64,000 bases of DNA from Thermovirgaceae bacterium (GCA_040767805.1 JAXGNU010000005.1:1-64000); one strand, 5' to 3'; positions 1-9,671 are shown, numbered from the stretch's first letter. A program made the numbers and translations. Notes: generated from the letters alone by a model not told the origin.

Positions 1-247
1 AATTTTTTAAACCAAAGCAACCTTCTTTCAACGCGTCCAGAGGACAAGCTTTTTTGTGAAAAAGCGCCCGCCTCCTTTTTTGGGCCGGCTTTCGCCCGTC
101 ACTCGTGCAAGCACCAACGGCTACTAACGACTGCGGCGCCGTCAAAAAAGGCCGCCTATCCCTAGGAAGGAGCGCGGCCAGGTCCTTGCCTCGGCAGTAA
201 CCCCGGACATCTCGCCCCAGCTTAATGACAGGCCCTTACTACCATAT

Positions 248-287
248 AAAGAAGGGGCCCCCCCGCTTGACCGCGAAAGGACCCCTC
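248..287 (-). terminator. Probable intrinsic terminator of the AOR-moaD operon
   Basis: GC-rich hairpin followed by a short T run on the minus strand, just after the moaD stop. Confidence 0.55.
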
Positions 288-310
288 CGTAAGAAACAAA
301 CTGGCAGGTA

Positions 311-583
311 TTAGCCCCCGCCGACGAGGGGGAATACGGCCAGGTGGTCTCCTTCCTTCAAAGGGGCCGCCAGGCCGCCGATGTGCTCGATATGCCTCCC
401 GTTGAGGATCAGGATGAGTTGCAATTCGCGCTCCGGCGTCTTGAGGACCTTTTCGCCGAAGCGCAAGCCGTACTTTCCCGACAGGGCCTCCAGGAGGTCC
501 GCCACGGAACCCTCCGCTTCGACCTGCGTTTCCTTCTCCCCGACGATCCCGCGGACCATGCCGAAGAAGGAGACCCGGATCAT
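311..583 (-). CDS. moaD: MoaD/ThiS-family sulfur carrier protein
   Basis: 90 aa, ubiquitin-like, ends FPLVGGG; directly downstream of AOR. Confidence 0.85.
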   Translation of the reverse strand: MIRVSFFGMVRGIVGEKETQVEAEGSVADLLEALSGKYGLRFGEKVLKTPERELQLILILNGRHIEHIGGLAAPLKEGDHLAVFPLVGGG

Positions 584-592
584 ACCCTCCCC

Positions 593-2389
593 CTACCGGA
601 TCCCCAGTGCCGCCAGTTTGGAGGGCGTGGGAACGCCCTTTTCGTCCCAGCCCCGAAGCTTGTAGTACTCTGGGATCATTTCGCCGATGCGGCTCACCTT
701 GCCCTTGGCAGGCCCATCGGGGATGGGCTCCTTGAGCAGCCTGGCGGGCAGTGTATCGTCCCTGGCCGGGTCGAGCCCCTCCCTGAGGTTGAAGAGCCGC
801 TCCAGGGTCCAGATCCTGTCCCCGGCCTCGAGGAGGCTGTCGGCGTCGAGGTCAAAGCCGGCCCCGTGCTTGAGCATGTCGGCGTAGTCGCCCGCGCCGA
901 GCGCGAAGGATGTGAAGAGACACATGCCCGAAGAGTCGATGGCGGCCGTCAGGTCGTGGAGCGTCTTGCCCCACTGGGCCTTGCCCTCCGTCACCCAGGG
1001 GTCGATTTTCTCGGGGATGCCCAAGACCTCGGGGGAAATGAGGTACCCCCTCACGTGGCAGGCCCCGCGGTTGCTTACCGCGTAGGTCAGGCCGATGCCC
1101 TGGATGCCCCGCGGGTCGTAGGCCGGGAGCTCCTGCTTCTTGACGGAGATTGAGAACTCGGGGTGCCCGTAATATTCCCCCAGCCGGTAGCTGCCCTGGG
1201 CCATTCTCTCCCCGAGCCCCTCGACCTTGCCCATCTTCTCCGTCCAGTAAACCAGGGCATCGCCGGAGCCGAACTTCAGTTCCGGCCCCACGCCAAGGTC
1301 CTCCTTGGGGATGAACCCCTTCTCGTACAGCTCCATCGCCGCCGAGATCGTGCCCCCGGCGCTGATCGTGTCCAGCCCCAGTTCGTTGCACAGGTAGTTG
1401 GCACGGATGATGGGCTCGAGGTCGTCGACGCCGCAGTTGCTGCCCAGCGCCCAAAGGGTCTCGTACTCGGGGCCTTCGCCCTTCTTGTCCTCCAGGGCTG
1501 TCTCCCTGCCGCACCCTATGGGGCAGGCGAAGCAGTTGGTCCTCCCCGTGAGGAAGGTCTCCGCCAGCCTCTCGCCGGAGTGTTTCTCGGCGCCTTCGTG
1601 TTGCGACTCCTGGAAGTTCTTGTAAGGGTAACTGCCGAGCTGGTTGAGTATGTTGACAAGGACCGCGGTGCCGTAGGTGGGCAAACCCTCACCGGTGACG
1701 CCGTTTTCCTTGATCTTTTGCATGGCCGCCTTCAGGGTTTCCCTGAGCCCTTCGGGGTCGGCGGCCTTGAAGCTCCCGCTCCCCCTGACGACGACGGCCT
1801 TGAGATTCTTCGAGCCCATCACGGCGCCCACGCCGCTCCGGCCCGCCGCCCGGTGCTTTTCGTTGACGATGCAGGCGATGGGGGAGAGTTTCTCCCCGGC
1901 GGGGCCGCTGCAGGCCACCCTCGCCTTGGGGTCCCCCACTTCCTTCAGCAGCGCGTCGGTGGTCTCGTGGGTATCCTTGCCCCAGAGCGAAGAGGCGTCG
2001 CGCAGTTCGGCCTTGTCGTCGTTGATCCACAGGTAGACAGGCTTCTTGGCCTTCCCCTCCACGAGGATCATCATGTAGCCCGCCCTCGCCATTTCCGCCC
2101 CCCAGTAGCCCCCGGAGTTGCTCGAGGCTATGAAACCTGTCAGGGGGCTCTTGGTGATCACCATGTACCTCCCGCCGGTGGGGACGTTGGAACCCGTCAG
2201 CGGCCCCGTGGCGAAGATGAGTTTGTTCCCCTCCGAGAGGGGGTCCGTCCCGGGTTTCAGCTCCTCGTAGAGCAGCTTGGTCCCGTACCCGCGACCGCCG
2301 ATGTACTGCTTGACCCAATCGGGGTTCAGCGGTTCCTGTTTGACCGTTCCCGCGGAAAGGTCAACCCGCAAAAGACGCTGCGCTTGCAT
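593..2389 (-). CDS. aor: Tungsten-containing aldehyde:ferredoxin oxidoreductase
   Basis: AAGRSGVGAVMGSKNLKA, CFACPIGC, GPEYET, GLDTIS, VKKQELPAYDPRG motifs; start placed at MQAQRLL after an AG-rich RBS. Confidence 0.93.
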   Translation of the reverse strand: MQAQRLLRVDLSAGTVKQEPLNPDWVKQYIGGRGYGTKLLYEELKPGTDPLSEGNKLIFATGPLTGSNVPTGGRYMVITKSPLTGFIASSNSGGYWGAEMARAGYMMILVEGKAKKPVYLWINDDKAELRDASSLWGKDTHETTDALLKEVGDPKARVACSGPAGEKLSPIACIVNEKHRAAGRSGVGAVMGSKNLKAVVVRGSGSFKAADPEGLRETLKAAMQKIKENGVTGEGLPTYGTAVLVNILNQLGSYPYKNFQESQHEGAEKHSGERLAETFLTGRTNCFACPIGCGRETALEDKKGEGPEYETLWALGSNCGVDDLEPIIRANYLCNELGLDTISAGGTISAAMELYEKGFIPKEDLGVGPELKFGSGDALVYWTEKMGKVEGLGERMAQGSYRLGEYYGHPEFSISVKKQELPAYDPRGIQGIGLTYAVSNRGACHVRGYLISPEVLGIPEKIDPWVTEGKAQWGKTLHDLTAAIDSSGMCLFTSFALGAGDYADMLKHGAGFDLDADSLLEAGDRIWTLERLFNLREGLDPARDDTLPARLLKEPIPDGPAKGKVSRIGEMIPEYYKLRGWDEKGVPTPSKLAALGIR

Positions 2390-2534
2390 GTCTTTCCCTC
2401 CTTTTCTCTTTTTGCGACAACCTTGCCGGCCCACGGTAAAGATCTCTCGAGGCTCTCTATTCTTCGCTCAGGAAGTCAGCCTGGATACTTCGAAGAACCC
2501 GTCGGTCACCTCCTTTTCCCCATCGGTCGATTTT

Positions 2535-3638
2535 CTAGGGGCACCGGATAAGGTTCCGGTCCCACAGGCAGTCGCTGCAAGCCGGGGAGTTACCCCAGCA
2601 GTCGCTCTCGGTGGTCTTGGCGTATTCGCAGGACCTGAGGAGGTTGCAGTCAAGGCAGGAGGCGTAGAGGGCCCTCCTCAGCCTCCACCTGAAGGAAATG
2701 TAACCCGGGTCGTCCCAGACCTCCGCCAGTCCCTGCCTTTCCAGGTCGCCGAAGAACCAGGGGATCACCTCCTTCTCCCTCCCGAGGACGATCTCCCTGT
2801 AGCCGTGGCACAACCTGAGGCAGGGGGCCACGAGGCCGTCCCACCTTATGAAGCAGGACTCGGACCTCACAAAGTTGCAGTGCCGCTCGGTGGACAGGGA
2901 GAACCTCGGCAGTTCGGGCTTGATCCCGGCGTACTGGAACTGGGTGTAGAGTTTCGAACGCACGGCCACTTCCTCTTCGAGGGTGAGGGGATAGAGCCGG
3001 TTGGCGTCGGCCTCCATATCGGTGGGGAGCAGGTTGCTCACCGAGACGGCGCTGATGCCCTTGCCTTTCAGGGATCGCACGATACCGGGGATGAGGGGGA
3101 AGTTTGACCGGGTGACCACCAGGGCGATGCGGGTCTCGCAGGCGTTGGACCCGGCATGCTCCCTGGCCTCCCGGAGCTCCTCCACCGCCTTCGACAGGAC
3201 TTCCAGGCTGCTCACCCTCCCCGGCCAGGGGACATCGTCGGCCTCAACAGAGAGGTCGACGATGTCGGCCCCCACGGCCACAAGGGCCCTGGCGGCGGCC
3301 CCGTCGAGCAGGGTGGCGTTGGTCGTTATCCTCACACGCCTACCGGCGGACTTGAGGATGCCGACGGCCTCGAAGAGCCTGGGGTGGCAGAAGGGTTCTC
3401 CCATACCGAGAAAGTGGACTGTTTCAAGAAGGGGGAATTGGGCGAGGTCCGAGGCAACCCGGAGGAACAGGTCCCAGTCCATATCGCCCTGGGGCTCCGT
3501 CCAGGATTCCCGGAAGCACATGGGGCAGTTGAGATTGCACCTGGTACTGAACTCGAGGTAGACCTTCCGGAGCCGTCGGTCCTTGGGAATGACGATCCGG
3601 CTCTCGTCAAGATCGAGAATAACGCTACCCATTGTCAT
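2535..3638 (-). CDS. Radical SAM/SPASM protein, putative tungsten-oxidoreductase maturase
   Basis: CNLNCPMC motif, Cys-rich C-terminus (CLDC...DCWGNSPACSDCLW), upstream of aor. Confidence 0.85.
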   Translation of the reverse strand: MTMGSVILDLDESRIVIPKDRRLRKVYLEFSTRCNLNCPMCFRESWTEPQGDMDWDLFLRVASDLAQFPLLETVHFLGMGEPFCHPRLFEAVGILKSAGRRVRITTNATLLDGAAARALVAVGADIVDLSVEADDVPWPGRVSSLEVLSKAVEELREAREHAGSNACETRIALVVTRSNFPLIPGIVRSLKGKGISAVSVSNLLPTDMEADANRLYPLTLEEEVAVRSKLYTQFQYAGIKPELPRFSLSTERHCNFVRSESCFIRWDGLVAPCLRLCHGYREIVLGREKEVIPWFFGDLERQGLAEVWDDPGYISFRWRLRRALYASCLDCNLLRSCEYAKTTESDCWGNSPACSDCLWDRNLIRCP

Positions 3639-3696
3639 GGACCCCCCTTGGGGGCCGTCGATCCCGACAGCCCGCATCCCTGACAATGACTGTTTT

Positions 3697-3725
3697 ATTA
3701 TCAGATTAAAGCGTCCCTACGTCAA
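3697..3725 (-). promoter_or_regulatory. Sigma70-type promoter for the radical SAM-aor-moaD operon
   Basis: TTGACG-17 nt-GATAAT on the minus strand. Confidence 0.55.
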
Positions 3726-3733
3726 GTAGAGCG

Positions 3734-3865
3734 GGGGTCAGGTCTACACTTTTGACTTTTTACACGGCGGCGGCAAAATCCATTTAAACAAAGAGCGTCC
3801 TTTGCCCTTGGGGCCTACCTTTTCCGCGGGATCCAGCATTTAGTCAAAAGTGTAGACCTGACCCC
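3734..3865. mobile_element. 132-bp non-autonomous mini-element bounded by 24-bp inverted repeats identical to those flanking the RAYT-like gene
   Basis: GGGGTCAGGTCTACACTTTTGACT at 3734-3757 and its exact reverse complement at 3842-3865. Confidence 0.8.
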
Positions 3866-4802
3866 GCCTTTGGATCTTTGCGAGCATGTCGGCCGTCATG
3901 GCGTCCAGGTCGTACTTCGGTGCGAAGCCCCATTCGGCCCTGGCGGCCGAGCAGTCCAGGGAGCGGGGCCACGACGCGGCGATGGCCTGCCTCACGGGGT
4001 CGACGGCGTAGTCAATCTCGAAGGAGGGGATCCGTTTCCTTATCGATGCCGCCACCTGCCCCGGCTCGAAGCTCATGGCCGACACGTTGTAGGCGTTGCG
4101 GTGGACCAGTTTCGACGGCTCGGCCTCCATCAGCCGGACCACCGCCTCGAGGGCGTCGGGCATGTACATCATGTCCATGAAGGTCCCCGGGGCTATGTAG
4201 CTGGTGTAACGGCCCTGGGAGACGGCCTCGTAGTAGATGTGGACGGCGTAGTCCGTGGTGCCGCCGCCGGGCGGGGCTTCGTGGGAGATGAGGCCGGGGA
4301 AGCGCAGCCCCCTTGTGTCGAGGCCGTACTTCAGGTGGTAGTAGTCGCAGAGCAGTTCCCCCGTGACCTTGGCGACGCCGTAGATCGTGGTGGGCCGCTG
4401 GATCGTCACCTGGGGCGTGCCGTCGGGCGGCGTGGAGGGGCCGAAGGCCGCGATGGAGCTGGGGAAGAAGAAGGCAGCCCCCCGCTCCCGGGCGCACTCC
4501 AGGGCGGCGAAGCACCCGCCGGCGTTGACGTCCCACGACCCCTGCGGGTCGGCCTCGGCCCTGGCCGACAGGACCCCGGCGAGGTGTATCACGGCGTCGA
4601 CCCCGAAGGAGCCCATCAGCCCCGAGAAGGCCCTCCCGTCGCGGACCTCCAGGATCTCGAAGGGCCCCCCCTCCGAGACCGGCCCCGGCACCCTGCGCCT
4701 GGCCGTGGCCAGGACGTTTCTGGCACCGTACCGCTCCCGCAGGTAGGGGACCAGTTCCGCGCCTATCTGCCCGTTGGAACCGGTGACGAGGATTCGTTTC
4801 AC
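3840..4802 (-). CDS. tdh: L-threonine 3-dehydrogenase (extended SDR type)
   Basis: ILVTGSNGQIG, PSSIAAFG, YGVAK, PGGGTTDYA motifs; GTG start overlaps the kbl stop (GTGA). Confidence 0.88.
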   Translation of the reverse strand: MKRILVTGSNGQIGAELVPYLRERYGARNVLATARRRVPGPVSEGGPFEILEVRDGRAFSGLMGSFGVDAVIHLAGVLSARAEADPQGSWDVNAGGCFAALECARERGAAFFFPSSIAAFGPSTPPDGTPQVTIQRPTTIYGVAKVTGELLCDYYHLKYGLDTRGLRFPGLISHEAPPGGGTTDYAVHIYYEAVSQGRYTSYIAPGTFMDMMYMPDALEAVVRLMEAEPSKLVHRNAYNVSAMSFEPGQVAASIRKRIPSFEIDYAVDPVRQAIAASWPRSLDCSAARAEWGFAPKYDLDAMTADMLAKIQRRGQVYTFD

Positions 4803-5986
4803 GGCAGGATACCCATCCCCCGGCCCACCTCGACGAAGCGCTCCACGGCGAAGCGGAGGTCTTCCTTCGTGTGGGCCGCCGAGACCATGCAGCGGATCCT
4901 GGCGGTCCCCCTCGGGACGGTGGGGAAGACTATGGCCGTCGCGAAGACTCCCTTTTTGAAGAGTTCGGCGCTGAAGGTTTTGGCGTCGGAGGCCTCGCCG
5001 ATGATGACGGGCGTTATGGGTGTCTCGCTGTGCCCCGTGTCGAAGCCCGCGGCCGAGAGTTCCCTCTTCAGGAAGTCGCCGTTCTCCCTGAGCCGGTTGA
5101 CCCGTTCCTCGCTCTCCTCCAGTATATCCACCGAGGCGAGGTTGGCCGCCACGTCGGGGATGGTGAGGGCGCTGCTGAAGAGGTTCGGCCGGGCCTTCTG
5201 GCGGATGTAGTCGATGAGGGTGGCGCTCCCGGCGATCATGCCGCCCATGACCCCGAAGGCCTTGGACATGGTGCCCACCTCCACGTCCACCCTGCCGTGA
5301 AGACCGAAGTGGTCGGCGATGCCTCGGCCCCCCCGGCCGAGCACGCCTTCCCCGTGGGCGTCGTCGACGACGACGATGACGCCGAAGGCTTCGCACAGTT
5401 CGACTATCTCCGGCAGTTTGGCTATGTCGCCGTCCATGGAGAAGACTCCGTCGGTGACGAGGAGGTGCCTGCCGGGGTTGCCCCGGTGCTCCCGGAGCTT
5501 GGCCTCGAGGTCCGCCAGGTCGGAGTGGCCGTACCGAACCACCCGGGCCTTGGTGAGGCGGCAGGCGTCGATGATGGAGGCGTGGTTCAGGGAGTCGCTG
5601 TAGATGGTGTCCTCCGCGGCGGGGACGAGGGTGGGTATGACGGCCAGGTTGGCGCAGAACCCCGACTGGAGCACGATGGCCGCCTCGGCCCCCTTGAACT
5701 TGGCCAGGCGCCTCTCCAGCTCTATGTGGGGCGTCATGGTCCCGGCGATGGTCCTCACGGCCCCGGGCCCCACGCCCCACTTGTCCACGTACTCCTTGAC
5801 CCTGGCCACCACCCTCGGGTCGTTGCAGAGCCCCAGGTAGTTGTTGGAACAGAGGTTCAGGTGGTCCTTGCCCGCTATCCGGACCCACGCCCCCTGGGGG
5901 CTTTCTATAGCGCGGATCGTCCCGTAGAGGCCGTCGCGCTTCATGGCCTCCAGCTCTTCGGTGAGGAACTGCATCGGTACCGCCAC
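4799..5986 (-). CDS. kbl: Glycine C-acetyltransferase (2-amino-3-ketobutyrate CoA ligase)
   Basis: CSNNYLGL, LNHASIID, DGVFSMDGD, DDAHG, GTMSKAFG PLP motifs; coupled to tdh. Confidence 0.9.
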   Translation of the reverse strand: MAVPMQFLTEELEAMKRDGLYGTIRAIESPQGAWVRIAGKDHLNLCSNNYLGLCNDPRVVARVKEYVDKWGVGPGAVRTIAGTMTPHIELERRLAKFKGAEAAIVLQSGFCANLAVIPTLVPAAEDTIYSDSLNHASIIDACRLTKARVVRYGHSDLADLEAKLREHRGNPGRHLLVTDGVFSMDGDIAKLPEIVELCEAFGVIVVVDDAHGEGVLGRGGRGIADHFGLHGRVDVEVGTMSKAFGVMGGMIAGSATLIDYIRQKARPNLFSSALTIPDVAANLASVDILEESEERVNRLRENGDFLKRELSAAGFDTGHSETPITPVIIGEASDAKTFSAELFKKGVFATAIVFPTVPRGTARIRCMVSAAHTKEDLRFAVERFVEVGRGMGILP

Positions 5987-6027
5987 GGCTATCACTCCCG
6001 CTTCCGAATTTGACCCTTGCCGGGACC

Positions 6028-6057
6028 AGTATGCTTTTCACCCGGAGGGAGTGTCAA
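6028..6057 (-). promoter_or_regulatory. Sigma70-type promoter for kbl-tdh
   Basis: TTGACA-18 nt-CATACT on the minus strand. Confidence 0.55.
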
Positions 6058-6154
6058 CGAGGTATAGTTTGAAGGCCGGTTCGTATAATCGACGGTCGGG
6101 ATAATATAATATTCCCGGCCCCCCCCGAGGGGGAAAGCGGGGAGGTCTTCACCG

Positions 6155-6850
6155 ATGGATGACTGGACCCTGGAGGAATTGGCCGGAAGGATGAGCGGCG
6201 ACACCAGCGCGCCCCACCACATAGCGGCGGTGCTGCGAGACGCCATCTACCGGGGAGTGCTCGAGGAGGGGGGTCCGCTCCACCAGGCCCGGATCGCCCA
6301 GAGCCTCGGCGTGAGCCCCATCCCGCTGAGGGAGGCGTTGAGGCTGCTCGAGACGGAGGGGCTCGTGGAGTTCCGGGGGTACCGGGGGGCCTTCGTGACG
6401 GAGCTCTCCCTGGAGGAGGCCCGGGAGCTCTACGAGATGGTGGCCGCCCTGGAGACCAGCCTGATGAGGACGGCCTTCCCGGGGATCACCCGCAAGATCA
6501 TCCAGGACGCCGGCGAGGTCCTCGACCGGATGGAAAAGGAAGAGGACTGCATCCGCTGGCGGGACCAGAATTTCCTCTTCCACACCCTTTTCTACGAGCC
6601 GGCCGACCGACCGCTGACCCTCGACATGGTCTCGAGGCTCAGGCAGAAGACGGACCGCACGATCAGGACCCACCTGGGCTCGATGAGAGACGAGTCCCAG
6701 CGGCAGCACCGGGAGATCCTGGCGGCGGTGACGGCCGGCGACCTCGAGGGGTCCGTGGCCGCCCTGGCCCACCACCTGGCCTACACCTCCAGCGACCTGC
6801 AGTCCTGGATGAGGGACGAACAGTCTAGAAAGAAAAGGCCGGAGCCTTGA
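6155..6850 (+). CDS. GntR-family regulator with FCD domain
   Basis: wHTH LGVSPIPLREAL; C-terminal FH...QHREIL...HL. Confidence 0.88.
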   Translation: MDDWTLEELAGRMSGDTSAPHHIAAVLRDAIYRGVLEEGGPLHQARIAQSLGVSPIPLREALRLLETEGLVEFRGYRGAFVTELSLEEARELYEMVAALETSLMRTAFPGITRKIIQDAGEVLDRMEKEEDCIRWRDQNFLFHTLFYEPADRPLTLDMVSRLRQKTDRTIRTHLGSMRDESQRQHREILAAVTAGDLEGSVAALAHHLAYTSSDLQSWMRDEQSRKKRPEP

Positions 6851-6859
6851 AGGCCCCGC

Positions 6860-7810
6860 TCAAGGGGTGAAGCCGAGTGCCTCGGGCCGGCGCAGGGCCT
6901 TGTGCTTCAGGACGGGAACGCCCAGTTCGCCGGCGAGCCTCCGGCACTGGTCGCGGAAAGCGCCCTTTATCCCCTCGTGGTAGACCACGGCGTCGATGCC
7001 TCCCCTGATGCTCGACGCGGCGGAGCGAAGTTTTTCGTAACCCCCTTCCGAGGCGTAGTCCCCGGTGACGATCCACTGGTTAGGGAGTATGTGGGATACG
7101 CCGAAGGGGAAGTCGCCTAGGGCCGCCTCGGAGAAGGACCTTTCGAAGTGGACCCCGCCCACGCACAGGACCCGGTACAGGCGTTGGGATTCCGAAAAGG
7201 GCTTCACCAGGCTCCTGGCCATCACTCCCACCGCCCGCGGGTCCTCCCAACTGGCGGGGGTGCTGCCCACCTCGATGTCGAGCATGGGGACGGGGAACCC
7301 GTCCATCAGCCGGGGGTCCTGTCCCTTGAAAGTCCCCGTCCAGTGGGTGGCCTCGGTCACCACGCTGAAGTCATTGACTTCCGCCCGGGCCCTCTCGTCC
7401 TCCAGGGCGCGGAGGAGATTCCTCACGTAGGCCGGCTCGGCGGGGGGGAAGACGCCGGCGTTCACGTCGCCCACGGTGTGGACCGTCAGGACCCTGTCGG
7501 GGGCGTTGGCACCCTCGTGCCAGTTCACCTCGGCCGCGAGGTCGACATCGAGGAAGTGCCCCTTCAGGACGGGCAGGTATCGGCGGAAGTCGTAACTGAC
7601 GAGGGTCTCCTGGCGCATAAAGAAGAAACGGTCCCCCCGGCCGTCGACGTACTCCATGACGGGGTACCCGTCGACGGAGACCCCCGTCTCATCGGGGCGG
7701 TAAAGTTCCAGGACCTTCTCGAAGGCCTGCCTCGAGACGTGGTCGTAACCCTCGCCGACGCAGAAAAAGAAGAGGGCCTTTCTCCCCCCGGCGGTCTGTT
7801 CCTTTTTCAT
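6860..7810 (-). CDS. D-aminoacyl-tRNA deacylase, archaeal/plant DTD2 (DtdA/GEK1) type
   Basis: LTVHTVG, TEATH, DIEVGST..W, VGGVHF, SHILP motifs; start at MKKEQT after a GGAGG RBS. Confidence 0.8.
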   Translation of the reverse strand: MKKEQTAGGRKALFFFCVGEGYDHVSRQAFEKVLELYRPDETGVSVDGYPVMEYVDGRGDRFFFMRQETLVSYDFRRYLPVLKGHFLDVDLAAEVNWHEGANAPDRVLTVHTVGDVNAGVFPPAEPAYVRNLLRALEDERARAEVNDFSVVTEATHWTGTFKGQDPRLMDGFPVPMLDIEVGSTPASWEDPRAVGVMARSLVKPFSESQRLYRVLCVGGVHFERSFSEAALGDFPFGVSHILPNQWIVTGDYASEGGYEKLRSAASSIRGGIDAVVYHEGIKGAFRDQCRRLAGELGVPVLKHKALRRPEALGFTP

Positions 7811-7882
7811 TTCTTCGCCTCCCCCTGGAAGTGCTGTTATTATACAGGGCGTGAAAGAAGCCGCGGCTGTCGATGAAAGGAG

Positions 7883-8602
7883 ATGCACCCCTTGCGATTC
7901 TGCATAGCACCCGAAGTCTTCGAGAAATGGCCGGAGTACCGCCGTTGCACCGTGGTCGGCCGGGGACTGGAGAACGCCGAGGACGACCCCGCCCTGCTGG
8001 CCCTGCTCAGGGAGGCCGAGGCGGGCGTCAGGGGAGACCCCGCCCTTGAGGACTACAAGGAATACCCCCTGATCGCGTCCTGGCGCTCCGTCTTCAGGGA
8101 GATGGGGCTCAACCCCAACAAGTTCCCGCCGTCCATCGCCAACCTCATCAGGCGGACCCGCTCCGGCAAGGACCTGCCCTTCATAAACAGGATCGTGGCG
8201 ATCATGAACATCATAAGCCTGAAGTACCGCATCCCCTGCGGCGGCGACGACCTGTCGGGGCTGGCGGGGGACCTCCGGCTGGGACCGGCGAGGGGCGACG
8301 AACCCTTCGCCCAGCTGGGCGACCCCGGGACGGTGGAGAACCCCGACCCGGGGGAGATCATCCTCCACGACACGGTGAAGGGGACGGTCTTCTGCCGGGG
8401 GTGGTGCTGGAAGAACGGCGACCCCAGCAAGATCACGGCCCTGACCAGCCACGTGGCGCTGCACCTGGACTTCCTGCCGCCCCTGGAGGTCGCGGCCCGC
8501 GAAAGGGCCGTCGAGGAGATCATGGGCCTCCTGGAGGGCCGCTGCGGCGGGAGCGTCACGGCCCGACTGATAGAACCGGGGAACCCCTGCTGCGAGATCT
8601 GA
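7883..8602 (+). CDS. Free-standing B3/4 (PheRS-beta editing-like) domain protein
   Basis: WRSVFREMGLNPNKFPPSIANLIRR, INRIVAIMNIISL, GGDDL, CRGWCWK pattern. Confidence 0.85.
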   Translation: MHPLRFCIAPEVFEKWPEYRRCTVVGRGLENAEDDPALLALLREAEAGVRGDPALEDYKEYPLIASWRSVFREMGLNPNKFPPSIANLIRRTRSGKDLPFINRIVAIMNIISLKYRIPCGGDDLSGLAGDLRLGPARGDEPFAQLGDPGTVENPDPGEIILHDTVKGTVFCRGWCWKNGDPSKITALTSHVALHLDFLPPLEVAARERAVEEIMGLLEGRCGGSVTARLIEPGNPCCEI

Positions 8603-8694
8603 CCGCCCTTCGGGGCGGAGGGGTTGAACCACTCAAGGGGAAGGGCTTAAAATCCTTCCCGAAAATACCGCTTTCACGGTGAGGAGAGAGGTCT

Positions 8695-9654
8695 ATGGAT
8701 CGTGCATCCAGGGTCGTGGTAGCCTTGGGGGGGAACGCCCTCCAGGAGGCGGGCGCGCCGCCTACGGCCGAAGCGCAGCTCGAGGTCGTAAGGAAGACCG
8801 CCGGATTCCTGGCGGAGATAAGCCGCAAGGGCTACGAGATGGCCATCGTCCACGGCAACGGGCCCCAGGTGGGGAGGATCGTCCTTTCCCAGGAGATCGC
8901 CTCCAGGGAGAACCCCCAGACCCCCGCCATGCCCTTCGACGTCTGCGGGGCCATGAGCCAGGGTTACATCGGCTACCACATCCAGCAAGCCCTCAGGGAG
9001 GCCCTGAAGGATAGGGGCCGCGACATACCGGTGGTCACCCTCGTAACCCAGGTCGTCGTCGACCCCGGGGACCCCGCCTTCAGCAACCCCACGAAGCCCA
9101 TAGGTCCCTTCTACACCGAGGACGAAGCCAAGGCGATCGCCCAGGAGAGGGGTTTCACCATGAAGGAGGACGCCGGCCGCGGCTGGCGCAGGGTCGTCCC
9201 GTCGCCGGACCCCAAGAGGATCGTGGAGCTCTCCGCCGTGAAACGCCTCTGGGATACCTCCATCGTGATCACCGCCGGGGGCGGCGGCATCCCCGTCGTG
9301 GAGAAGAGTGACGGCTCCCTCGCGGGCGTGGCCGCCGTGATCGACAAGGACCTCGCGGCGGGGCGACTGGCCCAAGACATCGAAGCCGACATACTGCTCA
9401 TCCTGACCGAGGTCGACAAGGTCTGCCTCAACTACAAGAAGCCGGACCAGAGGTTCCTCGACCGGATGACCGCGGCCGAGGCGGAACATTTCATGGAAGA
9501 GGGGCACTTCGCCCCGGGGAGCATGCTCCCCAAGGTCCTGGCCTCGGTGAACTTCGCGCGGAGTTCCCCCGGCAGGAAGGCCGTGATAACCTCGCTTTTC
9601 AAGGCCGTCGAAGCCCTGGAGGGGCGCGAGGGCACTGTCGTCACGATGGATTGA
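8695..9654 (+). CDS. arcC: Carbamate kinase
   Basis: VVALGGNAL, HGNGPQVG, PTKPIGPFY, GWRRVVPSP, VIDKD, GSMLPK. Confidence 0.95.
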   Translation: MDRASRVVVALGGNALQEAGAPPTAEAQLEVVRKTAGFLAEISRKGYEMAIVHGNGPQVGRIVLSQEIASRENPQTPAMPFDVCGAMSQGYIGYHIQQALREALKDRGRDIPVVTLVTQVVVDPGDPAFSNPTKPIGPFYTEDEAKAIAQERGFTMKEDAGRGWRRVVPSPDPKRIVELSAVKRLWDTSIVITAGGGGIPVVEKSDGSLAGVAAVIDKDLAAGRLAQDIEADILLILTEVDKVCLNYKKPDQRFLDRMTAAEAEHFMEEGHFAPGSMLPKVLASVNFARSSPGRKAVITSLFKAVEALEGREGTVVTMD

Positions 9655-9671
9655 AGTCCCCTTGATGAGGG

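Noticed and set aside
311..3638. Radical SAM-aor-moaD cluster as a novel system
   Set aside because: This association is already recognised for tungsten aldehyde oxidoreductases, so it is listed under features only.
3840..6041. 733-aa ORF as a fusion protein
   Set aside because: The N-terminal part is an alternative frame over kbl; the real tdh starts at GTG 4802.
6860..8632. 590-aa ORF as a single gene
   Set aside because: The first ~270 codons are the antisense shadow of the B3/4 gene; a good RBS and ATG lie at 7810.
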